DNA of 64,000 nucleotides from Cytophagales bacterium. Its GTDB lineage: Bacteria; Bacteroidota; Bacteroidia; Cytophagales; 172606-1. A program made the translations under genes and the position numbers. The stretch is taken from NCBI GenBank assembly GCA_030446715.1, contig JAUJMU010000015.1, forward strand, positions 36,953 through 100,952, written 5' to 3'. The notes under the pieces are model-generated. The model made no database searches. It saw only the letters and a list, made by a program, of their open reading frames with translations, and was not told the DNA's origin. Below, piece by piece: positions 29,086-38,876 of this stretch (its first letter is position 1; each line of letters begins with the position of its first letter).

Positions 29086-29925
29086 TTAATTGCCACTGTT
29101 ATCAGAACTGTTTATCAGGAGTATGGTTGTAATGATTGCCGCTGCTCCGGTTACGATGGAGAAGAAGGAGGAAGTGCTGAAGAAGTACTGCCGGAGATTG
29201 CGGGCCTTCAGCGGGGCTACCACCACTACATCGTGGGGATGCAGATAGTAGTTCTCAGACCGGAGAACATTATCCTCGAGCACATTTACGTAAAAAACTT
29301 TCGCTACGCCGTTCTCATGCCGGATAATTTTTACATTCGAGAAATCGGCAATTTCGTTCAGGCCGCCCGCTGCCGCAATGGCTTCCATCAGGTTCATCTG
29401 CGGATGCCCGGTAATGTAAGTGCCCTGCCGCGTGACCTCACCCAGGAGTGTGTAGGTGAAGTTAACCAGCTGGATCTCTACAACGGGGTCCTGCAGGTAG
29501 TCCGTCAGAATCTTCTTGACATGTTCCTGGGCACCGATAATCGTTTGCCCCGCCAGTTGGATCCGGCCCACGGCCATCAGTTCAACAGTGCCGTCTTTGC
29601 TGATGGTATACCCCGGAAACGCCGGAGGTAAGCCAGCTACGTTAGACATCATAAAGGCATTGGCACCGCCTGCAGCTGCGGCTGGTTTATTGAATACATT
29701 GAATTTTTCCTGAGTCAGGCTGGAAATCTGAATGGTGACAATGTCGCCCGGCTTCAGCCGGTGCTCGTAAGGTTGAAGGTTGAGTGATTTGACGGGAGCT
29801 GCCGCCGGAACTGACTGATCTGCCTTACGGTCCTGCAGATAAACAATTTTCCGGTTGGGTATACAGGCGTAGCAAGCCAGCAGGACGGAGGCAATCAACA
29901 GGTTAACCCGTATCTTTTTTAACAT
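29086..29925 (-). CDS. wza: Polysaccharide export outer-membrane lipoprotein (Wza-type, Poly_export + SLBB)
   Basis: Lipobox LLACYAC and the YRLKPGDIVTIQI motif. First gene of the locus, 12 nt upstream of wzc. Confidence 0.85.
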   Translation of the reverse strand: MLKKIRVNLLIASVLLACYACIPNRKIVYLQDRKADQSVPAAAPVKSLNLQPYEHRLKPGDIVTIQISSLTQEKFNVFNKPAAAAGGANAFMMSNVAGLPPAFPGYTISKDGTVELMAVGRIQLAGQTIIGAQEHVKKILTDYLQDPVVEIQLVNFTYTLLGEVTRQGTYITGHPQMNLMEAIAAAGGLNEIADFSNVKIIRHENGVAKVFYVNVLEDNVLRSENYYLHPHDVVVVAPLKARNLRQYFFSTSSFFSIVTGAAAIITTILLINSSDNSGN

Positions 29926-30650
29926 AATCAGGTCTGTCGTTTTGGTAAGAAGGTAATATTTTAAGTTGGCTCTGGGAAAAATGCAGCTGATGAGAAGACG
30001 TTACTCAGCGTTTGCCGCTGGTCAGCGAAGTGGCTTTAAGACCAAAAAGTACACAAAATTTTTCTGCTTTTCATGTATAGGCAAGATTTCAAAATGGTTT
30101 GGGAGAATAAATGCAAAAAGATTGGGTGCCAGGAGCAGATCCGGCAGTTTTCTATCACACTGTCAGTATCAGAAAAATAAAGTATCAAAGTACAGCACCG
30201 GCTCACGGAACAATGGGTCAGGTACGCAAACAGAGTGCTATTACGGATATGAATCATAAATGTTTTGCGGAACCTTCAGTGCTTTTGTCCAAATTTCTGT
30301 TGTCAGAAACTCCGAGTCTCTATTACACTTACAGCGAAAAGAATACATCAGTAAATTTATAAGAAAATTATAAGTTTCCTTTAATTTCAGATGATACCTT
30401 AATCAAAAGTTTTTTGTTTAAGGAGCGAATGTTTCCGGTAAACAGGGCGTTTCAGGATCACGATTTTCTAACCCGGCCTTTCAGAGATCTTTCTTCTGAA
30501 ATGAGTCATATTGGTAATGTCCACTCTTTGCTGCTATTTGTGATCGTACATCGGGCGGCTGGCAAGTCTGTTTTATGGGCCGGCCAGCTAAAACTTACCC
30601 TGGGTTTCTTCCGAAAAGCCATTGACTGCTGCCCGTCAGATCCTGAAAGT

Positions 30651-31085
30651 CTATACCGGTACCAGGCGGAGTTCGGCCTCCAGTGTAGTCTGAAACGGCG
30701 TGGTAATGGTGTAAGGGGTAGTCAGGGTCAGCTGGTCCGCCGTAAGTATCAGGATCGCAAACTGGTAGGTCTGGTTGTCAATGTTTACAGTCAATCCTTC
30801 CTGCCCGTTGCTGAACTCCCACGTGCCGGTGGAGACGCTGCCAGTAGTGGTATTGGTAGCGGTAAGGGTGCCGTCGTTGTTGAACCGCAGCCTTGACTGG
30901 CTGAAGGAGCCGATGGCATTCAACAGTTGGGGGTCCGTAACGGGCAGGCCATTGACCAGGGCCTGATCCAGACGCCAGGCACGGGCAGTAATCAGCGCCC
31001 GGCGGTCGGGGAACTCACTTTTTTCTCTCTGGCAGGCAAAGAGAACGGATAGCAGAATCAGCCATGGGAGTGGATTTGCGCTCAT
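30651..31085 (-). CDS. Lipocalin-like lipoprotein, function unknown
   Basis: Signal/lipobox LLSVLFAC. 144 aa. 4-nt overlap (ATGA) with the upstream ABC ATPase gene. Confidence 0.6.
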   Translation of the reverse strand: MSANPLPWLILLSVLFACQREKSEFPDRRALITARAWRLDQALVNGLPVTDPQLLNAIGSFSQSRLRFNNDGTLTATNTTTGSVSTGTWEFSNGQEGLTVNIDNQTYQFAILILTADQLTLTTPYTITTPFQTTLEAELRLVPV

Positions 31086-31723
31086 ACAGCAGCTGGGTTT
31101 GGTTGGAGTTGTGCCTGCCGGATGTACAGTACATCCGGAATGTGTTCGTACTCATAACGTTGGTTGGAGAAGATCATTACCAGGCGGTCCGCCGCGTAGG
31201 ACCGGAGCATATGCTGGTACCACGCAATTCCCGGAAGATCCAGATTGGATGTTGGTTCGTCGAGCAGCAGCAGCAGAACATCGGACAGAAAGGCAAGGCC
31301 CAGCTTTACCCTTGTTTTCATCCCGGACGAGAAGTGACGGACCGGCTTATGCCGCGCGGCCTGCAGGGATGTCAGTTCCAGAAAATCACCTTCGGAAATA
31401 TTGTGCCGCAATGGCTTGAACTGCCGGTGAAACTTTAGCAATTCAGTCAGGGTGAATTCTTCGATCAGCTCAAGGTAGGGCGCTGCAATGGCAATTTGCC
31501 GGAAAATATCCTCACCAGACACGTCCTGCCCGGCGTGGCGGTACCGGATCGTGCCTTCCGTGAGGGGCAGCAAACCAGAAATCATCTGGAGCAGCGTTGA
31601 TTTACCGCTGCCATTGGGACCGGTAATGGCGTAGCTGCGGTTCTCCCCGAAGGTAAAGCTGGCTTTCCTCAGGATCCAGTCCCGGTTAAATTTCTTGCCA
31701 ACATTTTCCAGACTTATCTGCAT
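31082..31723 (-). CDS. ABC transporter ATP-binding protein
   Basis: Walker A GPNGSGKST, signature FSSGMKTRV, Walker B LLLLDEPTSNLD. Start set at MQISLENVGKKF (ATG 31723). Confidence 0.85.
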   Translation of the reverse strand: MQISLENVGKKFNRDWILRKASFTFGENRSYAITGPNGSGKSTLLQMISGLLPLTEGTIRYRHAGQDVSGEDIFRQIAIAAPYLELIEEFTLTELLKFHRQFKPLRHNISEGDFLELTSLQAARHKPVRHFSSGMKTRVKLGLAFLSDVLLLLLDEPTSNLDLPGIAWYQHMLRSYAADRLVMIFSNQRYEYEHIPDVLYIRQAQLQPNPAAV

Positions 31724-31811
31724 GGCATGGGGAGGGAAATGTTGAAATCCGGAAACAGGCGGTCTGTTCTCACTACTGACTACTGACTCCTCACTTCTGT
31801 TTCCTGAAAAC

Positions 31812-32594
31812 TTATTCCAGTGAGCCGCGCATGATGCCCCGCTCCGAACTGCGGATAAACTGCAGTACTTCATCCCTTTCCGGGGAGGGCAGCATTTCCG
31901 ATTCGATGAGGTCGAGGGCATCGGCATTATTGAGGCCCTTCAGGTAAATGTGACGATAAATTTCCTGAATTTCGTTGATTTTCTCATTGGAGAAGCCGCG
32001 GCGGCGCAACCCGATGGTGTTGATTCCGCAGTAGGAGAGGGGTTCACGGGCCGCCTTGATAAAGGGCGGCACATCCTTGCGCACCAGTGATCCACCAGAC
32101 ACCATCGCGTGGATGCCGATTTTTACGAACTGGTGCACGGCCGAAGTGCCGCCGATAAAGACGTAGTCCTGTACTTCGATGTGCCCGGCCAGCTGCACGG
32201 AGTTGGCAATGATCACGTTGTCGCCGATGATGCAGTCGTGGGCCACGTGCACGTAAGCCATCAGCAGGCAGTTCTGACCGATCTGGGTGGTATTCTTGTC
32301 AAGGGCCGTGCCGCGGTTCAGCGTTACGCACTCCCGGATAATGGTATTGTCGCCGACCGTCACGGTGGAAGGCTCACCTTTGTACTTGAGGTCCTGGGGC
32401 GGTGCCGAAATTACCGCTCCGGGGAAGATCTGGCAGTTCCGGCCGATCCGGGCACCATCCATGATCACGGCATTGGAGCCTATCCACGTTCCCTCACCGA
32501 TCTGGACGTCCGCATGAATAACCGCAAAAGGCTCAACTACCACATCAGGTGCAACACTGGCTTCAGGATGAATATAAGCTAGGGTCCGGTTCAT
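31812..32594 (-). CDS. lpxA: Acyl-ACP--UDP-N-acetylglucosamine O-acyltransferase
   Basis: 260 aa. Hexapeptide left-handed helix plus a C-terminal helical domain. Operon position after lpxC/fabZ. Confidence 0.93.
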   Translation of the reverse strand: MNRTLAYIHPEASVAPDVVVEPFAVIHADVQIGEGTWIGSNAVIMDGARIGRNCQIFPGAVISAPPQDLKYKGEPSTVTVGDNTIIRECVTLNRGTALDKNTTQIGQNCLLMAYVHVAHDCIIGDNVIIANSVQLAGHIEVQDYVFIGGTSAVHQFVKIGIHAMVSGGSLVRKDVPPFIKAAREPLSYCGINTIGLRRRGFSNEKINEIQEIYRHIYLKGLNNADALDLIESEMLPSPERDEVLQFIRSSERGIMRGSLE

Positions 32595-33988
32595 TTGTTC
32601 TTCTTTACAATACTGGCTGTCAGCACGGCTTCACACACTAATGTCCCACCTACATATGCCTCCCCGTGCATTTTGGCAATGCCCCGCTTGATGGGTGCAA
32701 GCAATTCACATTTAAAGATCAGGGTATCCCCGGGCAGTACCATCTTCTTGAACCGGCAGTTTTCGATGCTCAGGAAATACGTCCAGTAGTTCTCCGGGTC
32801 CGGCACGGAACTCAGCACGAGGATGCCGCCGGTCTGGGCCATGGCCTCAATCTGGAAAACACCCGGAAACACGGGATTACCCGGAAAATGCCCTTCAAAG
32901 AAGGGTTCGTTGATGGTAACGTTTTTTACCCCGGCTACGGTGTTTTCATCCATGTAAAAAACCTTGTCTACCAGCCGGAAGGGGTAGCGGTGCGGCAGGA
33001 TCCGGGCAATGTCATTGATATCCAGCACGGCAGGCAGCTTGGGGTCGTAGGGCGGGATATGGCTCTTTGTGGCAGTCTCCTCCATTTTCCGCTTGATCTT
33101 GCGGGCAAAAGCCACATTGGCCGCGTGGCCGGGCCGGGCCGCCAGAATCTGCGCCTTCAGCGGCCGGCCGGCAAGGGCAAGGTCCCCCACCATGTCCAGC
33201 AGCTTATGGCGGGCCGGCTCATTTTTATACCTTAATTCTACGTTATTGAGAATTCCTTCCTTCCGCACTTCCACTTTAGCCTTGCCGAAGAGGCTGGCAA
33301 GGTAGTCGAGTTCGTCGTCCCGGATCACCCGGTCCACGATGACAATGGCGTTGTTCAGGTCGCCCCCCTTGATCAGGTTCTGCCTGTGCAGCATTTCCAG
33401 CTCGTGCAGGAAGCAAAATGTCCGGCAGGCGGCAATCTCTCTGGGGAACTGCTTGATGTCGGTGATAGAGGCGTGCTGGCTGCCCAGTACCGGTGAATTG
33501 TAATCCACCATTACCGTAAGCCGGTAATCGTTGAGGGGCAGCGCAGCAATTTCTACGTTCCGGTCCTTGTCGCGGTAGCGGATCTCTTCGGTGATTTCGA
33601 AGTAATTGCGCAGGGCGTTCTGCTCTTCCATGCCGGCTGATTCCAGCACTTCAACGAACTTGATGGAACTGCCATCCATAATGGGCGGCTCGGGGCCGTC
33701 CAGCTGAATGAGCACGTTGTCAATTTCCAGACCAACCAAAGCAGCCAGGGTGTGTTCAACGGTATTGATCCGGGCTCCGCTCTGTTCGATGGTGGTGCCC
33801 CGGGAAAGGTCCACCACGTTGTCCACGTCGGCATCCACGATGGGCTGGCCTTCCAGATCCACCCGCTGAAACTTGTAGCCGTGCCCGGGCTTGGCCGGCA
33901 GGAAAGTCATGTTAACGGGTACTCCGGTATGTAAACCTACGCCAGAAACGGTAACCGCCTTTTTAATGGTATGCTGCTTGATATTCAT
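32591..33988 (-). CDS. lpxC/fabZ: Bifunctional UDP-3-O-acyl-GlcNAc deacetylase / 3-hydroxyacyl-ACP dehydratase
   Basis: N-terminal LpxC (..TVSGVGLHTG..) fused to C-terminal FabZ (..HFPGNPVFPGV..). This fusion is characteristic of Bacteroidota. Confidence 0.93.
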   Translation of the reverse strand: MNIKQHTIKKAVTVSGVGLHTGVPVNMTFLPAKPGHGYKFQRVDLEGQPIVDADVDNVVDLSRGTTIEQSGARINTVEHTLAALVGLEIDNVLIQLDGPEPPIMDGSSIKFVEVLESAGMEEQNALRNYFEITEEIRYRDKDRNVEIAALPLNDYRLTVMVDYNSPVLGSQHASITDIKQFPREIAACRTFCFLHELEMLHRQNLIKGGDLNNAIVIVDRVIRDDELDYLASLFGKAKVEVRKEGILNNVELRYKNEPARHKLLDMVGDLALAGRPLKAQILAARPGHAANVAFARKIKRKMEETATKSHIPPYDPKLPAVLDINDIARILPHRYPFRLVDKVFYMDENTVAGVKNVTINEPFFEGHFPGNPVFPGVFQIEAMAQTGGILVLSSVPDPENYWTYFLSIENCRFKKMVLPGDTLIFKCELLAPIKRGIAKMHGEAYVGGTLVCEAVLTASIVKKNK

Positions 33989-34097
33989 TCCGGCCTTTAA
34001 TTGAGGAGCGGGAGTACGCAGCGAGAAGAATGGATGGTGCTCCGAAGTGATGCTTGCCCGGCTGCAGGAATAGCAAACAAATGATTCACTTCTCTCT

Positions 34098-35153
34098 TCA
34101 AGCGTCCTGCCCTTTGGTTCCGGGCAAATTTAGTATTTTTCTTTCCAAATCCTCAACCCGTTTTTGCAGGTCGGGCAGGTGCCGGAATACCGACAGGGAC
34201 CGGAGGTTATCCTTGTAGTTGAAGGCGGGAGAGCCGAACAGGGCAGTGCCTTCTTTGGTAACTGACTTGCTGATACCCGATTGCGCTCCGATGGAAGTAC
34301 GGTTGGCGAGTGTCAGGTGGCCGATAATGCCCACCTGACCGGCGATTACACAATTTTCGCCCACCTTGGTGGAGCCGGAAATTCCCGACTGGGCGGCCAT
34401 TACTGTATTTTTTCCTATTTCCACATTGTGGGCAATCTGGATGAGGTTATCGAGTTTTACACCTTTCCGGATGATGGTGGAGCCCATGGTGGCGCAGTCG
34501 ATCACCGTGTTTGCCCCGATGCTCACTTCATCTTCCAGCACTACATTGCCTACCTGGGGCACTGTTTTGTAAGTGCCATCCGCCTGGGGGGCAAAGCCGA
34601 ATCCGTCACTGCCGATAACTACGCCGGCATGAATGACACAGCGGGCTCCGATGACGGTGTTGTCGTATATTCTGGCCCCCGGGTACAGCACCGTGCCATT
34701 GCCCACACGTACGTTTGCGCCGATGTATACCTGCGGAAAAATCTTTACGCCGGTTCCGATCACCGAACCTTCACCGACGTAGGAAAAGGCTCCGCGGAAG
34801 CCGTTTTCGCCCATTACGGCGGAAGAGGCCATAAAAGAGGGCTGCTCTACTCCCGTTTTTGATTCGAGGCGCTGCTTGTTGTAGGCTTCCAGCAGTACGG
34901 TCAGGGCCGAGTAGGGATCCTTGACGTGGATCAGCGCAGGGTTGCAGGGCTTTTTGGGTTCAAAATTTTCGCCCACCAGCACGGCTGACGCCCCGGTGGT
35001 GTACAGGTAGGGTTCGTACTTGAGGTTCGACAGAAAGGACAGCGAACCGGCAGTGGCTTCTTCAATTTTAGCCAGCTTGCTGACCTTGCGTGAACTGTCT
35101 CCGCGAACCTTGCCCTGCAGTAGTCCGGCTATTTGTTCGACTGTTAATTCCAT
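34098..35153 (-). CDS. lpxD: UDP-3-O-acylglucosamine N-acyltransferase
   Basis: 351 aa with an N-terminal LpxD domain followed by hexapeptide repeats. First gene of the lipid A operon. Confidence 0.93.
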   Translation of the reverse strand: MELTVEQIAGLLQGKVRGDSSRKVSKLAKIEEATAGSLSFLSNLKYEPYLYTTGASAVLVGENFEPKKPCNPALIHVKDPYSALTVLLEAYNKQRLESKTGVEQPSFMASSAVMGENGFRGAFSYVGEGSVIGTGVKIFPQVYIGANVRVGNGTVLYPGARIYDNTVIGARCVIHAGVVIGSDGFGFAPQADGTYKTVPQVGNVVLEDEVSIGANTVIDCATMGSTIIRKGVKLDNLIQIAHNVEIGKNTVMAAQSGISGSTKVGENCVIAGQVGIIGHLTLANRTSIGAQSGISKSVTKEGTALFGSPAFNYKDNLRSLSVFRHLPDLQKRVEDLERKILNLPGTKGQDA

Positions 35154-35267
35154 ACGGTGGGAGGGAGCGGTTGAGCAGGAAGAATGGGTAATCGGTCCGG
35201 ACGGTTCCGGATAACCGGATAAAATAAATAATCTGAGCAGGAAGATGTTAAATTTTTTTCCAGAACG

Positions 35268-36503
35268 TTAATCCTTGCGCATCAATTGTCTGGGCCAGCA
35301 CAAATAATACTTCTTTACAATTTTACTCATTGCCTTGATATTGGGCAGGTCCGAAGCCTCGGCAATATCCATAATCTTTCCTTTTTTGGTGAGTACATCT
35401 ATCTTATCTCCGCCGGCCGTGTAGGCAGCATTGCTGGTCGTGCCGCTGATCAGGAAGTAGGGCAGCTCTTCGCGGGTGATCCCGTAACGGGTCAGGAGCT
35501 GGGTTTCAATTTCCCTGAGCTGGGCTTTGTCCGGTTTCTCGGAGGAGAGGATGATTTTGTACAACCGCCTCTCCAGCAGCATCCGGCTGATTTCCGACAG
35601 CACCCGGTCCGGGTGCCGGGTCCACATTTTTACGGCACTCCAGATATCTGAGTCGTCCAGTTGAATAAAAGCGTCCAGATACCCGGGCTTGCTTTCAAAT
35701 TCTTCGATCCGGACGTCGTTGCGGATAAACAGGTGCAGATCGGGCGAGGCATACACTTCCTGACCACCCTGGAGCAGTTCCTTTGCCCGCCGGATAACAG
35801 CCACCAGCATCATCTCGGCGCTGATGGTCGTTTTGTGCAAATACACCTGCCAGTACATCAGGCGGCGGGCATTGAGAAAATTCTCGATGCTGTAAATTCC
35901 TTTTTCTTCCACCACCAGCCGGTCATCCACGATGTCGAGCATTTTAATGATGCGGTGCGCCCCGATGGTGCCTTCCGAAACGCCGGTAAAAAAGCTGTCG
36001 CGGTTGAGGTAGTCAAGCCGGTCAATGTCGAGCTGGCTGGCAATCAGCTGGCAGAAGAATTTCCTCGGATAGGTGCCATTGAACATCTGCAGGGCCATTT
36101 CCAGGCCGCCACCCAGTTGACTGTTCAGGCGCTGCATAAGCAGGCAGGAAAGCGTTTCGTGTTTGACGCCGGTCAGAATGCTGTTTTCCAGCGCGTGTGA
36201 AAAAGGTCCGTGCCCGGCGTCGTGCATGAGGATAGCGACCATGGCTGATTCATATTCCTTGTCGGTAATGTCGTGGCCTTTGGCGCAGAGGGAATCCAGG
36301 GTGATGCTCATCAGGTGCATGGCCCCGATGGCGTGGTGAAAACGCGTATGCAGGGCGCCGGGATACACGTAATCAGCCAGCCCCATCTGCTTGATGCGGC
36401 GCAGGCGCTGAAACAGCGGCTGCTCGATAATATCGAAGATCAGATCAGTCGGAATATTCACGAATCCGTATACCGGATCGTTGATGAGTTTGCGTTTGTT
36501 CAA
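35268..36503 (-). CDS. HD-domain phosphohydrolase
   Basis: ..HTRFHHAIGAMH.. and ..ILMHDAGHGPFSH.. HD motifs. 411 aa. Confidence 0.85.
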   Translation of the reverse strand: MNKRKLINDPVYGFVNIPTDLIFDIIEQPLFQRLRRIKQMGLADYVYPGALHTRFHHAIGAMHLMSITLDSLCAKGHDITDKEYESAMVAILMHDAGHGPFSHALENSILTGVKHETLSCLLMQRLNSQLGGGLEMALQMFNGTYPRKFFCQLIASQLDIDRLDYLNRDSFFTGVSEGTIGAHRIIKMLDIVDDRLVVEEKGIYSIENFLNARRLMYWQVYLHKTTISAEMMLVAVIRRAKELLQGGQEVYASPDLHLFIRNDVRIEEFESKPGYLDAFIQLDDSDIWSAVKMWTRHPDRVLSEISRMLLERRLYKIILSSEKPDKAQLREIETQLLTRYGITREELPYFLISGTTSNAAYTAGGDKIDVLTKKGKIMDIAEASDLPNIKAMSKIVKKYYLCWPRQLMRKD

Positions 36504-36726
36504 GCTTGAAAATTATTGAGCCATTGGAATTTTGGGGAAAGTTCCTTTATAAAGTCCCGTTTAAAGCGATATTTACACCGCTTGTCCTCCGTATTCTTTC
36601 CTCTAACCCAAATCAGAGCCTTTCGTTCGGGCCGGCGAACCAACAATGGAGTAAAATTTGTAGTTTATATTTAAGACTGAGTACAGAAGTAAGTATCCAA
36701 AAAACAACGATAAACCACCGAAATCT

Positions 36727-38280
36727 ATGCAAAGATATTCAATACTGTGGGCTGATGATGAAATTGACCTGCTCAAACCGCATATTTTGTTCCTGCAGAA
36801 CAAAGGCTACGATGTGACACCCGTCAACAGCGGCTCCGACGCCCTCGACAAGTGCAATGAGCAGAATTTTGACGTGGTTTTTCTGGACGAGAACATGCCC
36901 GGTATGACCGGACTGGAGACGCTTACCCAGATCAAATCCACCAAACCGTCGCTGCCCGTGGTGATGATCACCAAAAGCGAAGAAGAACACATTATGGCAG
37001 AAGCGATCGGTTCCAAAATAGCCGATTACCTGATCAAACCGCTCAACCCCAACCAGATCCTGCTGTCGGTCCGGAAAATTCTGGATGGCAAGCGGCTGGT
37101 GACCGAAAAAACCACTCAGGGTTACCAGCAGGACTTCCGCAATATTGCCATGGCGTACAACGAACGCATTGGCCACGAAGAATGGGTGGATATTTACAAA
37201 AGGCTGATCTTCTGGGAACTGGAACTGGAAGGTGCCGAAAACCGGAGCATGGCCGACGTACTCGACATGCAGAAGAGCGAGGCCAACAATAACTTCGCCC
37301 GGTTTGTGATGGAGAATTATGAAGACTGGCTAAACGACCCCAAAGCCGAAAAGCCCCTGCTTTCGCACCAGCTGATGAAGAAAAAGGTGTTTCCGCTGAT
37401 CAACAGCAGTGAGCCGGTCTTCTTCTTTCTGATTGATAACCTCCGCTACGACCAGTGGAAAATTCTGGAAAGCATCCTGCAGGAATACTTCAACGTGGAC
37501 GAAGAATCGGTGTACTACTCCATTCTGCCCACCACCACGGCATTTGCCCGCAACGCCATCTTCTCGGGTATGCTGCCCAGCGACATGGAGAAGTACCACC
37601 CCGACCTGTGGGTAAACGACGATGAGGATGAGGGCAAGAATAACAGCGAAGAGCAGTTTCTGTTGCGGCAGATGCAGAAGGCCCGGGTTGATGTGAAGCT
37701 TTCTTACCACAAGATCATCAACATCAACCAGGGCAAGGCATTGGTGGAGTCGCTGAACAACCTGATGACCAACCCCTTCAACGTGATCGTGTACAACTTC
37801 GTGGATATGCTTTCGCATGCCCGTACGGATATGGCCATGATCCGCGAACTGGCTCCCGACGAGTCGGCGTACCGTTCGATTACCCGTTCGTGGCTGATGC
37901 ATTCTCCACTGCTGGAGTTGTTTAAGCGGCTGGCGGAGAAGAAGGTGAAGGTGATTGTTACTACCGACCACGGCACGATCCGGGTGAAGCGGCCCTACAA
38001 GATCATCGGCGATAAGAATACCAATACCAATCTGCGCTATAAGCAGGGAAAAAATCTCGGCTTCGACGAAAAAGATGTGCTGGTGGTGCGCAAGCCGGAG
38101 CGGTTTTTCCTGCCCAAACTGAATGTGTCTACGGCCTACGTGTTTACGGTGGAGGATTACTTCTTCGCCTACCCCAACAACTACAACTACTACGTAAACT
38201 ATTACAAGGATACTTTCCAGCACGGCGGGGTTTCGCTGGAAGAGATGATTGTACCATTTGCGCAATTGTCGCCGAGGTAG
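36727..38280 (+). CDS. porX: PorX-type response regulator with PglZ (alkaline-phosphatase-like) output domain
   Basis: Receiver domain (ILWADDEIDLL...VFLDENMPGMTG) plus a ~380 aa PglZ domain. 517 aa, as in the T9SS regulator PorX. Confidence 0.85.
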   Translation: MQRYSILWADDEIDLLKPHILFLQNKGYDVTPVNSGSDALDKCNEQNFDVVFLDENMPGMTGLETLTQIKSTKPSLPVVMITKSEEEHIMAEAIGSKIADYLIKPLNPNQILLSVRKILDGKRLVTEKTTQGYQQDFRNIAMAYNERIGHEEWVDIYKRLIFWELELEGAENRSMADVLDMQKSEANNNFARFVMENYEDWLNDPKAEKPLLSHQLMKKKVFPLINSSEPVFFFLIDNLRYDQWKILESILQEYFNVDEESVYYSILPTTTAFARNAIFSGMLPSDMEKYHPDLWVNDDEDEGKNNSEEQFLLRQMQKARVDVKLSYHKIININQGKALVESLNNLMTNPFNVIVYNFVDMLSHARTDMAMIRELAPDESAYRSITRSWLMHSPLLELFKRLAEKKVKVIVTTDHGTIRVKRPYKIIGDKNTNTNLRYKQGKNLGFDEKDVLVVRKPERFFLPKLNVSTAYVFTVEDYFFAYPNNYNYYVNYYKDTFQHGGVSLEEMIVPFAQLSPR

Positions 38281-38317
38281 AAAGGTAGCCTGTCAACCAT
38301 CATTCCGGGAATTATTT

Positions 38318-38404
38318 TCACGCAAAGGCGCAAAGTTTGCGCAAAGACCGCTCAGGATGTTTTTACTTTGCGGTTTTTGCGGATTCTTTGCGAACTTTGC
38401 GTGA
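38318..38404. repeat. CACGCAAAG-family inverted repeat element
   Basis: TCACGCAAAGGCGCAAAG (38318-38335) and CTTTGCGAACTTTGCGTGA (38386-38404), with extra GCAAAG / CTTTGC units between them. Confidence 0.5.
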
Positions 38405-38441
38405 TTTATTTTGTCCAGGTTCAGACCCTTACGACCTCTGC

Positions 38442-38876
38442 ATGCAGCCCTATTTTTCCCTCACGTTTCATTCCCTGAAAGAAATTTCTTTCGTAGCCAA
38501 ACTCATCCTCCGGCTGGCCGATAACCATAAAATATGGGTGCTGGAAGGAGACATGGGGGCCGGTAAAACAACGCTTGTCAAGGCAGTGTGCAGCCAGCTG
38601 GGTGTGGACGATACCGTGCAGAGTCCTACCTACAGCCTGGTAAATGAATACCGTACCTTCAGGGGCGAACCCTGCTACCACTTTGATTTTTACCGGATAA
38701 AGGACGAAGCCGAAGCCATGGACATCGGTGTAGAGGAGTATTTTGACTCCGGTAACTTCTGTTTTATCGAGTGGCCCGGCAAAATTCCTAACCTTTTGCC
38801 CGAACGTTATTTAAAAATTAATATTAATTTAGATAGTGAGAATGCCCGTACTTTACAACTGAGCAAGTATGAGTAG
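38442..38876 (+). CDS. tsaE: tRNA t6A37 biosynthesis ATPase TsaE
   Basis: P-loop GDMGAGKTT and SPTYSLVNEY motifs. Start set at MQPYFSLTF. Confidence 0.9.
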   Translation: MQPYFSLTFHSLKEISFVAKLILRLADNHKIWVLEGDMGAGKTTLVKAVCSQLGVDDTVQSPTYSLVNEYRTFRGEPCYHFDFYRIKDEAEAMDIGVEEYFDSGNFCFIEWPGKIPNLLPERYLKININLDSENARTLQLSKYE

